Part shown: piece by piece, positions 27,617 to 37,082 of the stretch | Layout of the letters: each line of letters begins with the position of its first letter | Numbering within the stretch: the first letter of the stretch is position 1 | IMG/VR virus record: IMGVR_UViG_3300009784_000001 | Location: 54,418-118,417 of that record | DNA: 64,000 bases | Strand: one strand, 5' to 3' | From: a virus | Taxonomy: Duplodnaviria; Heunggongvirae; Uroviricota; Caudoviricetes | Program-made: the position numbers and the translations under genes | The notes under the pieces: generated by a model | Database searches by the model: none | Seen by the model: the letters and a program-made list of their open reading frames with translations, nothing else | What the model was told of the DNA's origin: nothing

Positions 27617-28513
27617 TCAATTGAATAAAGAAAGATTTTCTTTAAATACAGGGTATTCTTCTGCTGTGGGGGAATATATTAATGTTTTAAATTCTTTACC
27701 AGCAATATATGCGTTCCATGCTTTGATAAGAAGGGCATGTTTAAGTCTGAATGTTTCACTATATTTTTTATTAAGAGAATGATAATTAAGCCTTTCTCTT
27801 AATACATCTATCATAGAATTATTATTTTCTTCTTCCAAAAATAATTTTTTAAAGAAGTCAATAACAAAATCTTTAGAATATTTTTTATTTTTTATAAGAT
27901 AAATTATATCTCCACCTATATCACTTTTATTAAATAATTTATTTTTTTTATAATAGTAGCTAGCAAGAGCAGTAACTTCATTATACAGATCAGGGGTTGT
28001 ATAATATTCATCTAAAGCATCTCTTCTTAAGATTTTTCGTTTATTAAAGTTATTTACTCTATCAATATAATGGTTAACAATAGAGGAAGCAGCAGAATAG
28101 TTTGGAATGTTAGCTACAGCAAAAACATCTCTGGTACTTCTATTTTTTCCTGTATCAAAGGTATCAAATGTACTTTTATCAATATTATACATTACAGACA
28201 TTTCAATAGGAATATTAGCATCTATTATTGCATTTAATCTTGTAAAGCCATTAAGTAGTTCTTTTTCTTTTGAAAACTGTATAGCTTCTCCATTAATTAC
28301 CCATTTTCCATTTCTCATAGCATCACTATATATTTTCACATATTTACGTGAAACTGGCCTGTTGATATATCTACCATTACCTCTTTCTTTTTCTCTTGCT
28401 AAAATAAATTTAGCATTTTCTGGTGTAATTTTCATTACTTTGTGCTTGACATCTGTTTTGACTTCTTGTCCTTCTTTATACTCTTCCATATTATTAATTA
28501 TTATTATTTTCAA
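27617..28513 (-). CDS. ParB/Srx-like nuclease-domain protein (putative)
   Basis: The N-terminal stretch KITPENAKFIL...YSDAMRNGKW...NGFTRLNAI resembles a ParB N-terminal fold. The match is weak. Confidence 0.35.
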   Translation of the reverse strand: MKIIIINNMEEYKEGQEVKTDVKHKVMKITPENAKFILAREKERGNGRYINRPVSRKYVKIYSDAMRNGKWVINGEAIQFSKEKELLNGFTRLNAIIDANIPIEMSVMYNIDKSTFDTFDTGKNRSTRDVFAVANIPNYSAASSIVNHYIDRVNNFNKRKILRRDALDEYYTTPDLYNEVTALASYYYKKNKLFNKSDIGGDIIYLIKNKKYSKDFVIDFFKKLFLEEENNNSMIDVLRERLNYHSLNKKYSETFRLKHALLIKAWNAYIAGKEFKTLIYSPTAEEYPVFKENLSLFN

Positions 28514-28892
28514 TTAAGTTCTCATCATTAATATTTTTTTCATTGGATTGATTAATTTTTTTCATCCAAGTAATAAAGATATATTCGCCAGTAATTTTTT
28601 CGTTCAATTCATTATTTAGCAAGAGTACGTTATAGCCAAGATTTTCAAAATATTGAATTATATTTTCGATTAGCACATTTTCATCTTCCAAATCATGAAT
28701 TAAGGAATATTTTTTTATTTGAGTTTTGAAGTGAATTGTTTTATTAATATCACTGATTACTCTTTTAGTATTTTTATTTATATTTTCATTACTTCCAAAT
28801 TTAGAGGAAGTATATGCATCATTAGCAGAAATAACATTTTTACTGATTAATTTTTCCCACCAGCTAAATACAAGTTCATTAATTTTTTTCAT
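28494..28892 (-). CDS. hypothetical protein (132 aa)
   Basis: Track ORF. Confidence 0.45.
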   Translation of the reverse strand: MKKINELVFSWWEKLISKNVISANDAYTSSKFGSNENINKNTKRVISDINKTIHFKTQIKKYSLIHDLEDENVLIENIIQYFENLGYNVLLLNNELNEKITGEYIFITWMKKINQSNEKNINDENLIENNNN

Positions 28893-29046
28893 TTTTGTTA
28901 TTTAAATTATTAGAATGTTCTATAAATTTTTCAGCAAAATAAAAAGAGAGATTGACTGCTTCTTGTTTACCATATTCTTGCAAGAGATATGGATTTTGCA
29001 ATACGCTTTGTAGCAATTGAAATGCTATTTTATTAACATCATACAT
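28879..29046 (-). CDS. small protein (55 aa), not in the ORF track
   Basis: Read as ATG at 29046 through to TAA at 28879, giving MYDVNKIAFQLLQSVLQNPYLLQEYGKQEAVNLSFYFAEKFIEHSNNLNNKNEKN. A promoter box lies at about 29071-29120, and the ORF overlaps the next gene's start. Confidence 0.35.
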   Translation of the reverse strand: MYDVNKIAFQLLQSVLQNPYLLQEYGKQEAVNLSFYFAEKFIEHSNNLNNKNEKN

Positions 29047-29105
29047 ATTATTTTATTTTTTAATTTATGATACAAAGATAATAATAATTTTTGTAACAAA
29101 AAAAC

Positions 29106-29390
29106 TTATAATGTTAAAAAATCTAAACATTTTTGTATTACTTCAATTTTATTGTCATCTACTTCTTTTTCCCATATAACTAAAATATCATATCCTCTTT
29201 CTCTAATAGCCTCATGTTTTAATTTATCTTTTTTTCTAATTTCATTTATACTTAATTTATTATGAGGATTAATCCAATTTTCATTATATATCTCTGGATT
29301 TCCATGCCAATAATTTCCATTATATTCAATACATTTTTTATTCAAAGTATCTACAAAGTCATAAGAATATAAAATTTTATCTTTAGACAT
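29106..29390 (-). CDS. Vsr-like (very-short-patch-repair family, PD-(D/E)xK fold) endonuclease homolog
   Basis: IEYNGNYWHGNP...SINEIRKKDKLKHEAIRERGYDILVIWE aligns with Vsr FVDGCFWHGH...RDRRD...GWRVLIVWE. The same frame stays open upstream as far as 29525. Confidence 0.6.
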   Translation of the reverse strand: MSKDKILYSYDFVDTLNKKCIEYNGNYWHGNPEIYNENWINPHNKLSINEIRKKDKLKHEAIRERGYDILVIWEKEVDDNKIEVIQKCLDFLTL

Positions 29391-29517
29391 TACACAAAAT
29401 TCTTTTGTTAAAGGAGAAAAATATAAATGTTCTTTTCTATTTAATTGTTCATATAATTCTTTAAAAAAAATATTAGCTTTATTAGAAGCATAGGGAAAAT
29501 GTTTGGTGATGGTTAGA

Positions 29518-30744
29518 TTATTTTTTTAACTCTATCAAATATTTCATATCACATTGGTTTATATTATATACAACATATTCTGAATTAATTAAATCTGCTC
29601 CACCATGTGCATATACAGAATGAAAAGGTTTAATATTATTTTCATTAAAATTATAACATTCAGAAGTGTGTTTATATATATGCTTTTGATTTCCAAGGTT
29701 AACTCTAAACAAAGCCATATATGCCTTATTATCATTTCCATTTACCCAATATGAACCAGATAATGATGTATAACCAATTGATTTTCTTGCTTTATCAGCA
29801 AAATAAATCCCTTGTGAGCCAAACATTCCACCTGTTATAATAGCACCTGCTGGCCTAATAAGTAAACCACTTTGTAATAATGAAAACCAGTTTTGATTAC
29901 GACTACCATGAAAAAATAGTAATTCATTTTTAATATCCATTGAATTGAATTTTTCATCATATCTTTTTTGGGTTTGTTTATTGATTACTTTAAATATGTT
30001 CCCCATAAGATTGGATGAATCTCCCATTAAAGTTTTGATTGATTGAAGTATTTTTTTATCTTCAATATATTCAACAGTTAATCCTAATTGTTCCAACAAA
30101 TTTTGTTTATTGTTATTATTTTCATTTGTTTTTTCAACTTGAATTGTTGTAACTTGACCTGCTAATGTATCAAGCAATTTTTGTTCGTTATCAATTATCT
30201 TTTCTATTTCAGTTTTATTATTTGATTGAAATAAAAAATCTCGAACATCCCCCATTCTTCTTGGGATAGTTGTATATATTTCAAGTAATAATTTATTTAG
30301 TTCATTATAATTTACTTGATGCTTATAAGCAGATGTTAATTTATCAATTAGTTCTTGAGCAGTATCAATCATTTTTTGAGTTACACTGTTGGCTGATACT
30401 TTGTAGTTTTTTTGGATTGTTTTCTTTGCCCAAGATTGAAGTTCAGAGATAAGATTTTTAACTTTGATATTATCTGATATAAAAATATCTTTATTATTAT
30501 CTGATATAATAGGTTCTTCAACAGCAATTAAATCAGTAATATCTTTATATCCTTTTCGTATTTTTTCTTTATATTTTGATTCCCATTCATGGATGGGATA
30601 GGAGGTATATTGTTTGGAAGAATCCACTCTACCATATTCAACATCAATTTGATTAGTAGAAGTATTTTCAGTCATTTTGTAATATTTATTATGATTCCCC
30701 TTAATTCCTTCAACCAATACTAAATAAGCATATTTACTACTCAT
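29518..30744 (-). CDS. poly(ADP-ribose) polymerase-like ADP-ribosyltransferase (WGR domain plus PARP catalytic domain)
   Basis: The catalytic region FFHGSRNQNWFSLLQSGLLIRP...GGMFGSQGIYFADKARKS...YVVYNINQCDMKYLIELK aligns with PARP1 [22 protein letters not shown]...GYMFGKGIYFAD..SKS...EYIVYDIAQVNLKYLLKLK, including the H-Y-E triad. The N-terminus is WGR-like. Confidence 0.8.
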   Translation of the reverse strand: MSSKYAYLVLVEGIKGNHNKYYKMTENTSTNQIDVEYGRVDSSKQYTSYPIHEWESKYKEKIRKGYKDITDLIAVEEPIISDNNKDIFISDNIKVKNLISELQSWAKKTIQKNYKVSANSVTQKMIDTAQELIDKLTSAYKHQVNYNELNKLLLEIYTTIPRRMGDVRDFLFQSNNKTEIEKIIDNEQKLLDTLAGQVTTIQVEKTNENNNNKQNLLEQLGLTVEYIEDKKILQSIKTLMGDSSNLMGNIFKVINKQTQKRYDEKFNSMDIKNELLFFHGSRNQNWFSLLQSGLLIRPAGAIITGGMFGSQGIYFADKARKSIGYTSLSGSYWVNGNDNKAYMALFRVNLGNQKHIYKHTSECYNFNENNIKPFHSVYAHGGADLINSEYVVYNINQCDMKYLIELKK

Positions 30745-30827
30745 AATTCTTTTATTTTTAGCCCATTAAATGATTTGTTTAATTTCATATTATAAAGTAA
30801 AACACGATATGTTATATTATATTTTTA

Positions 30828-31004
30828 TTAATAAACATTAAAATCTGTTCTTTCGCTTCTATGATCCATTATTTTTCCTTTTGCATAAACACAACGAGTT
30901 TGGCAATTATTACAACTATCTTCTTTTATAAATGCTTGCATCCATCTGCAATAATATTTATATTGTAGTGCATTTTTTCTTCTTTCATCCCAATAATCAT
31001 CCAT
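30828..31004 (-). CDS. small Cys-rich protein (58 aa), not in the ORF track
   Basis: The ATG at 31004 abuts the Nudix stop. Sequence MDDYWDERRKNALQYKYYCRWMQAFIKEDSCNNCQTRCVYAKGKIMDHRSERTDFNVY has a C..C...C..C spacing. Confidence 0.35.
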   Translation of the reverse strand: MDDYWDERRKNALQYKYYCRWMQAFIKEDSCNNCQTRCVYAKGKIMDHRSERTDFNVY

Positions 31005-31571
31005 TTAAGAAAATGTTTTAATTAAATCATCATGGTTAAAAGCCCATTCTCGATTATCTATATTTGAATAATCATAATCAAATTCATGACCCATAAGAAT
31101 TAAAGGGATTTCTATCCATTCAACTTTTTCTATTTCTTTTCCTTCATTTTCAGGAAATTTAGTTCTTGTTAATCTTGGATCATCTTTTGAATTAATTTCA
31201 TTATATTCTCCACGAAAAGCATTATAAGAACTAGGGCTATAAGTAAATAATAAAGAAACATTTTGTCTATTTGAAGAAGGGTTTGAATCTATTCTTGCTA
31301 ATTCCCATTTATTTGAATCAGTTTTAATACCAGTTTCTTCATCTACTTCTCTTGTAATAGCTTCTTCAACAGTTTCATTAAAATCAAGATAGCCACAAGG
31401 TAAACTCCATTTTCCAGCTTCATCTTGACCATCATTTCCTCTTTTAACTGCCAGAAGAAAAAGTGAACTTGTTTTTTCTTCAATGAATGAAAAGATACCC
31501 ACGACCGCTACTGATCGTGAGTACCATAATGTTTCTCCTGTTTTAGGATGTTTAAATGAAAAATTATTCAT
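31005..31571 (-). CDS. Nudix hydrolase
   Basis: Nudix box GKWSLPCGYLDFNETVEEAITREVDEETGI, matching GX5EX7REUXEEXGU. Confidence 0.8.
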   Translation of the reverse strand: MNNFSFKHPKTGETLWYSRSVAVVGIFSFIEEKTSSLFLLAVKRGNDGQDEAGKWSLPCGYLDFNETVEEAITREVDEETGIKTDSNKWELARIDSNPSSNRQNVSLLFTYSPSSYNAFRGEYNEINSKDDPRLTRTKFPENEGKEIEKVEWIEIPLILMGHEFDYDYSNIDNREWAFNHDDLIKTFS

Positions 31572-31574
31572 GAT

Positions 31575-32417
31575 TTATTTTTTTAGAGACCAAATAGGAG
31601 AAACATTAGCATTTTGTCCGCCAATTAAGAAGTCAATATTAAAGTTACCATTTTTAGCTTTAGCCATTTCAATTAACTCTTTGTTGATTTCAAGTGAACG
31701 TAATTGAATAAATTCTTTTACTGTTAGGTTTAGATTGACCATATATGCTTTATCAGCTAATGCACGAGATTTTTCTGCACCTTGTCTTGAATCTTCACTT
31801 TCTTTACGTCTATCTTGGGTTTGTTTAGCTTGGATGGCTGCTCCTGTTTTGTTCATTTCTTCTATTACATCCGCATTAGGAATTGCTCTACTTGTTATTA
31901 CTTCTGCTAATTTAACTGGTAAGCCTTTTTCCTTTAATAAAGCTGTTATATTTGTAAAAATATTATTATTAATAGTATCATAAACTTGTCTATCAGAAGT
32001 TAAACGAAACATATCATATTTGCATACTTCATTTCTAATTTCTTGACGAGCTGGTTGTTGAACGTTATTTGCATACCAATTAGGACCAAAGTGTAATACG
32101 ATTTGAGGAGATTGCCCTTTTTCCATTTGTAAAATTAAGAAACAATCAAGACTGATTGGAGTATTATTACTTGTGATCATATCTTCAAAAGACTCTTTGT
32201 ATTGAACAGGAGAAGTTTTGAAAACGTCCAAATGAGTTGACCATGCATAATATTCACTTCCTTGTGTCATAGGAGAGGTATCTACACCCCCTGTACCAAA
32301 AATATAAGGTTGTTTTGTAAACACGCCTTCCTCATCCCCTTTCAAAGTGGCACGACTACAGCCGCTTAATAGAACAATGGATATAAAAATCCACATAAAT
32401 TTAATTACATTTTTCAT
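31575..32417 (-). CDS. lipoprotein with an SPFH/band-7-like C-terminal region (putative)
   Basis: Lipobox LLSGCS after the signal peptide. The C-terminal half is coiled-coil, rich in Ala, Glu and Gln. Confidence 0.45.
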   Translation of the reverse strand: MKNVIKFMWIFISIVLLSGCSRATLKGDEEGVFTKQPYIFGTGGVDTSPMTQGSEYYAWSTHLDVFKTSPVQYKESFEDMITSNNTPISLDCFLILQMEKGQSPQIVLHFGPNWYANNVQQPARQEIRNEVCKYDMFRLTSDRQVYDTINNNIFTNITALLKEKGLPVKLAEVITSRAIPNADVIEEMNKTGAAIQAKQTQDRRKESEDSRQGAEKSRALADKAYMVNLNLTVKEFIQLRSLEINKELIEMAKAKNGNFNIDFLIGGQNANVSPIWSLKK

Positions 32418-32439
32418 TTTTTTTTAATTTAATATTATT

Positions 32440-32931
32440 TTATAACTCAAAAGCTGAATCATCTTCTCCAAGTAATATTTTTAATGCTTCCATATATTTT
32501 GTAGTCCTTACTAAATCTTCCATTGTTAATTCTTTTGGTTTCATTCTAGTAAGATTTGCATTATCCATAATATCTGCTATTTTCACTCTGATAGCAATGC
32601 TATTTGTACTTTCTTTTATATGTTTAATATATTCACCATAATAAGCATTATCTTTTGTCAAAATCCTTATAGCATCTATACATTCATCAGGAATACCTTC
32701 ATTTTTCAAATCCAATAAAGTAACATTACATTCTTCTATCACATCATGTAATAGAGCAACTATTTTTTCATTGTCATTATCTAATGACATTGCTACTCTT
32801 AATGGATGTTGATAATAATCTATACCATTTTTATCTGTTTGCCCATCATGATATTTTTTAGATAACTCAAGGGACAAACAGACTAATGGATTAGTAGTAT
32901 TTAATAATATTTCACAATTATCATTTCCCAT
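32440..32931 (-). CDS. RelA/SpoT-family HD-domain hydrolase (small alarmone hydrolase-like)
   Basis: Diagnostic motifs are YYQHPLRVA, IVALLHDVIEE and KIADIMDNANLTRM. Confidence 0.7.
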   Translation of the reverse strand: MGNDNCEILLNTTNPLVCLSLELSKKYHDGQTDKNGIDYYQHPLRVAMSLDNDNEKIVALLHDVIEECNVTLLDLKNEGIPDECIDAIRILTKDNAYYGEYIKHIKESTNSIAIRVKIADIMDNANLTRMKPKELTMEDLVRTTKYMEALKILLGEDDSAFEL

Positions 32932-32942
32932 TTTTATTTTTT

Positions 32943-33455
32943 TTAGAAAGCTAAACCAAGACTTAAACCTAAACCTATTTTATTGATATTCATTTGTTCA
33001 AAGGTACGTTCCCAATAAACACAAGGTTCAACAAAAATATCTTTTGTTACAAACAAAGTGTAGCCACAATCAATTCTTAAACCATTTTCATAAGAAGTAT
33101 TTTTAGCAGTAAAACCTTCATACCATGCTCCTAAAAACCAGGAGACATTGGGGAAATACTGCCTAATTCCTACAGTATAGTTAAATGTGTTATAAGTATC
33201 ATTATTGTCAGCTTTTTCTAACCCCCACCCTAATCCTGCATTAAGGCAAAAATCATTAAAAAGAAAATAATAACCACTAAATCCAAGATCAAGAGAATTA
33301 ATTTTATAATTACCAAGACCTGTTGATAAATCAAAATTACTAAAATTTGCTACAATTCCCTTTGCACCTTGTGGGCAACATTTGGTACATTCTTGAGCAG
33401 ATATTGTCCAGCTCAACATTAATAAACTAAGTACTACTAAAACCTTTTTTCTCAT
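32943..33455 (-). CDS. outer-membrane beta-barrel protein (putative)
   Basis: Signal peptide MRKKVLVVLSLLMLSWTISAQ, alternating aromatic beta-strands, and a C-terminal LGLSLGLAF ending in Phe. Confidence 0.45.
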   Translation of the reverse strand: MRKKVLVVLSLLMLSWTISAQECTKCCPQGAKGIVANFSNFDLSTGLGNYKINSLDLGFSGYYFLFNDFCLNAGLGWGLEKADNNDTYNTFNYTVGIRQYFPNVSWFLGAWYEGFTAKNTSYENGLRIDCGYTLFVTKDIFVEPCVYWERTFEQMNINKIGLGLSLGLAF

Positions 33456-33460
33456 TTTTT

Positions 33461-34114
33461 TTAATTTATAATTTTTGTATCAAAATATTTCAAGTTTTCC
33501 GAATTTGGATGATCACCAAATTCAGTTTCTACACGCCAGACATAATATCGAGCTTGATTAGGAGTTAAATCCTTTTTTTCTAAATCTGCGCCACCTATAA
33601 CATATACTTTTTCTTCATTTCCCAAATCGCAAGATACAGTATATAGCATATCATCAAGTTGATCAAGAGTACTAACTGTTAATAATATTTCTTCTCCTGA
33701 TTTATCTACTATTACTTCAAACATATCAGAGCTTATTTGAGTGATATCAACAACTTTTCCTTTAACTGATTTATTGAAGAATGTATTTTTTACATTACTA
33801 TTATTTAATAAAAAGTCTTGTGCTGCTGAAGGGCAAGCTCTTGGTCTATCAAGAATACCACCATCATCAATTTCAATATCTATTGAATAATTGAAATATA
33901 CAAAATGGTCATCTTCAAATCTTCTATGTGTATTGGAATTCCATTCTAAATAATTTTCTCTGATAATGGTAGAAACTTCTTTCTGGGTAACCCAGAAACC
34001 TTGGTCTCTTAATTCTTCTTTTACTTCTAAAGTAGTTGTTTCTTCATTGGTATCAAGCAATGATTCAAACACTTCTTTAACATCATACTCTGTAACATAG
34101 TTTCTTTTTTCCAT
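33461..34114 (-). CDS. hypothetical protein (217 aa)
   Basis: Track ORF. A promoter box lies at about 34150. Confidence 0.5.
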   Translation of the reverse strand: MEKRNYVTEYDVKEVFESLLDTNEETTTLEVKEELRDQGFWVTQKEVSTIIRENYLEWNSNTHRRFEDDHFVYFNYSIDIEIDDGGILDRPRACPSAAQDFLLNNSNVKNTFFNKSVKGKVVDITQISSDMFEVIVDKSGEEILLTVSTLDQLDDMLYTVSCDLGNEEKVYVIGGADLEKKDLTPNQARYYVWRVETEFGDHPNSENLKYFDTKIIN

Positions 34115-34199
34115 ATTATTTATTTTTTAATATTTTATTTAATTCAAAAACAAAGGTAAGAATAATATTTAATATAGCCAAATTATTTTATGTTAAAAA

Positions 34200-34733
34200 T
34201 TAAAAACTATCAGTAACTTGACCATACATATCTGAATTGTAATATCCTTTTCCTCCCATAACAGGTTTAATTTTAGGGCTTTTAATGTTTCTTACAGGAT
34301 TTTTTAATTGTAGCCTTAAATCTTCAATTGTAGCATTTGCTTTTTCAAGTTTTTCTGTAAGCATGATAATTACTTTTTTATCTGTTTCTTCATCTTTAAC
34401 TTCTTCTCTTGATAAAATTGGAACTACTGTAACTGGTTTTACAGTTTCAGGATTTTCTATTTCATTTTCAACAAGTTTTACTTTATCATAACCTTCTATT
34501 TCTATAGAAAAAGAGGGTTGAGTTTCATCCCACACATCTATATTATATAATTCTTTTAATAATCCAAAAAATAAATCTTTTTTCCTAAATTCATCTGACT
34601 TTAAGACAATTTCATTTTCTTCATTTATATCTGTGTCAAATGTTCCAGTTCTTTCTATAATTTCAGAAGTGTTTTCTAATTCAGCATCCATAGCTTCTCT
34701 TATTTCTTTATCAATTCTTGTTTTCTTTGCCAT
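34200..34733 (-). CDS. hypothetical acidic protein (177 aa)
   Basis: Track ORF. Confidence 0.5.
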   Translation of the reverse strand: MAKKTRIDKEIREAMDAELENTSEIIERTGTFDTDINEENEIVLKSDEFRKKDLFFGLLKELYNIDVWDETQPSFSIEIEGYDKVKLVENEIENPETVKPVTVVPILSREEVKDEETDKKVIIMLTEKLEKANATIEDLRLQLKNPVRNIKSPKIKPVMGGKGYYNSDMYGQVTDSF

Positions 34734-34751
34734 ATATTTTTTATTTAATTT

Positions 34752-35105
34752 TTATTTATAATCATAATAATCATCATAACGATCTCCATTTATAACATTC
34801 TTATATCCTATTACATCATAAAACTTGTTTGCTAATTCAATTCTAAAATTTGTATTTAATATATTAAAATCTGTTTTATCAAATATTTTGAAAGGTATAT
34901 TTTCATCACCACATATCTTTCTAATCATATATAATAAATTTCTTCCTCTTTGTTTATCAGAAAAAAATATAATATTTATATCATTTTTAAATGAATCCAA
35001 TTGAGCAAAACCTATCAATAGATAAACAAAATAGGTTGTTCTTCCACTTCCTTTTCTTAAACTGTTGTTGTGATGATGAGTATGTAGTCTATCTAAATCA
35101 AGCAT
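34752..35105 (-). CDS. hypothetical protein (117 aa)
   Basis: Track ORF. Confidence 0.4.
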   Translation of the reverse strand: MLDLDRLHTHHHNNSLRKGSGRTTYFVYLLIGFAQLDSFKNDINIIFFSDKQRGRNLLYMIRKICGDENIPFKIFDKTDFNILNTNFRIELANKFYDVIGYKNVINGDRYDDYYDYK

Positions 35106-35919
35106 TTTCTGATAAGAATTTAAGTTCTTTCATTATATTTTTAACTTTGATAATTAAATCTTCAATCGTACCATCATTTTCAATAATATAGTCAAATCCA
35201 TTATAATCATCCAATGCAACTTCTGATTCATGAGAACCACCATTCATACCAGGTCTATTAATTCTAATAATTAGTCCACCCTTATCTTTTATCCCTTTAA
35301 CCTCGTTTGGAAATCTAACATCACTTATTAACCAATAATCTCCTTCTTTATAATCACTCAATGTACTAATTACCCAAGTATTAGGATTAACTAAATTTCT
35401 AAAACAATCTGTCCCAATGACTTGTAACATTTCACGATAAGTAGGAATATATTTTTCTATAATAGAAGTATATCCCATCATTGAAAGAAACATTTCGCCA
35501 TTATAATAATGTTTATCTACATATTCATCAATATTCATTAACTTATAAGTTCTATCTTCTTTTATAAGTTTAGTAACAGCCCATTCTTCTGGAAGTTTAC
35601 TTGATTTAAATTCATTATTTTCCAAATCAGAAAGTTTACAGCCAGTTATCAATGCAACAACTTCTTTTAATTTTCTAGCAAATAATCTTTTTTCCCATTT
35701 TGTTATGGAATTAATATTTGTATTTCCTGTTAAAAAATCATCCAAACTTTCTTTTTCTAAATAATGTTTGACAAAATTAACATCATTTGTTATATTATGT
35801 TTTGCCAATCCATCTTTGTTTGGAGATTGTAAGATATTATTATATATGTCTAATAATTTCCATATTTTAACAACTGAATCTTTTCCACTTTGCAATTTTC
35901 CAGAAATTCCCAGTATCAT
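35098..35919 (-). CDS. deoxynucleoside monophosphate kinase (T4 gp1-like)
   Basis: P-loop ILGISGKLQSGKDS. LQVIGTDCFRNLVNPNTWV, IRINRPG and ENDGTIEDLIIKVKNI parallel T4 gp1 LMQALGTDLIVNNFDRMYWV, IHVVRPG and TNDGSLEELFSKIKNT. Confidence 0.8.
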   Translation of the reverse strand: MILGISGKLQSGKDSVVKIWKLLDIYNNILQSPNKDGLAKHNITNDVNFVKHYLEKESLDDFLTGNTNINSITKWEKRLFARKLKEVVALITGCKLSDLENNEFKSSKLPEEWAVTKLIKEDRTYKLMNIDEYVDKHYYNGEMFLSMMGYTSIIEKYIPTYREMLQVIGTDCFRNLVNPNTWVISTLSDYKEGDYWLISDVRFPNEVKGIKDKGGLIIRINRPGMNGGSHESEVALDDYNGFDYIIENDGTIEDLIIKVKNIMKELKFLSENA

Positions 35920-36158
35920 ACTAAATTCATTTTAACTAATAATTTATGTTTACTTTCTATTTCAAGAATATATTCTATAATAGTTTCAGCACTTGTAAGC
36001 ATACCATTGATAATATAATATATTTCATTTTTATTATATTTATCAACAAGTACTTTTTGTAAACCTTGTTCATCTCTACCATAGGCAGCAACAACAAGTT
36101 TTTCAAAAGTATCTGAATCCTCATTATACAATTTCAGTAGTTTCTTTTTCATTAACAA
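35916..36158 (-). CDS. hypothetical protein (80 aa)
   Basis: Track ORF with overlapping start and stop. Confidence 0.4.
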   Translation of the reverse strand: MLMKKKLLKLYNEDSDTFEKLVVAAYGRDEQGLQKVLVDKYNKNEIYYIINGMLTSAETIIEYILEIESKHKLLVKMNLV

Positions 36159-36411
36159 ATTCTTTTAATTTATTTTCGCTGATAAATCCTACATGTCGTT
36201 TTAATTCATTATCATTTTCATCAACCAGTAGAATGGTAGGAACTCCTCTTATATTATATTTTTCAGCTATTTCAAAGTTATCATCAACATCTACTTGTTC
36301 AAATGTTAGATTTTCAGAAGTTAATTCATTAGCAACTTTTTCAAAAATAGGTGCTAACATTCCACAAGGGGAACACCATTGTGCTCCAAACTTAATGATC
36401 GTTTTTTTCAT
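36124..36411 (-). CDS. trxA: thioredoxin
   Basis: Active site WCSPC, the cis-Pro motif VPT, and a size of 95 aa. Confidence 0.85.
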   Translation of the reverse strand: MKKTIIKFGAQWCSPCGMLAPIFEKVANELTSENLTFEQVDVDDNFEIAEKYNIRGVPTILLVDENDNELKRHVGFISENKLKEFVNEKETTEIV

Positions 36412-36491
36412 ATTTTACTTTATTTAATATTTTATTCATTTCTTCTTCTACATTATCATTAAATATAATAGTAAATAAAAACTAACACTAT

Positions 36492-37082
36492 TCAGCATTT
36501 ATTTTTATAATTTCCTATTGTATTTTTATATTTTTCAGGATTAAAAAAATACTTTACATTCATCGTAAATATATACCATTTGTACCATATTTTAGATTCA
36601 TACCATTTCTTCAATTTATCATACAATTCATTTAATTTCAAACAAAATCTTATGAATTTATTTACTTTTACTGAATCATATATTTCTTCCCAATTATCAG
36701 GATAGTATCCCTGTTCAATTGCACATTTTTTACAAATTGTTCTTATCCAGCCATAAGGGTTATTAATATCTTTTTTTCCTACATTAAAAGGAGAACCACA
36801 GTATTCACAAATGTGCTTACTTGCTTTTTCTCTCATTTTAATATCTTCATCAAATTCTTCAGGTAATCCAGTTGTATAGATATTCAGATATCCCCATTTT
36901 TCTTTAATTTGAGTAATTTTTAACTTTTCTTCTTCTGATTTATCTTTATTAAAATCATTTATTTTATGTAAAAATACTCTTACTAAACCAGCCCAACCAG
37001 AGTTATCTGATAAACCCTCTGTTCCGAATAAAGAGGCAGGATGACCAGGTAATGTTCTTATATTTTCAAATTTTTCTTCCAT
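36492..37082 (-). CDS. hypothetical protein with zinc ribbon (196 aa)
   Basis: CEYCG...CKKC motif. Confidence 0.5.
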   Translation of the reverse strand: MEEKFENIRTLPGHPASLFGTEGLSDNSGWAGLVRVFLHKINDFNKDKSEEEKLKITQIKEKWGYLNIYTTGLPEEFDEDIKMREKASKHICEYCGSPFNVGKKDINNPYGWIRTICKKCAIEQGYYPDNWEEIYDSVKVNKFIRFCLKLNELYDKLKKWYESKIWYKWYIFTMNVKYFFNPEKYKNTIGNYKNKC

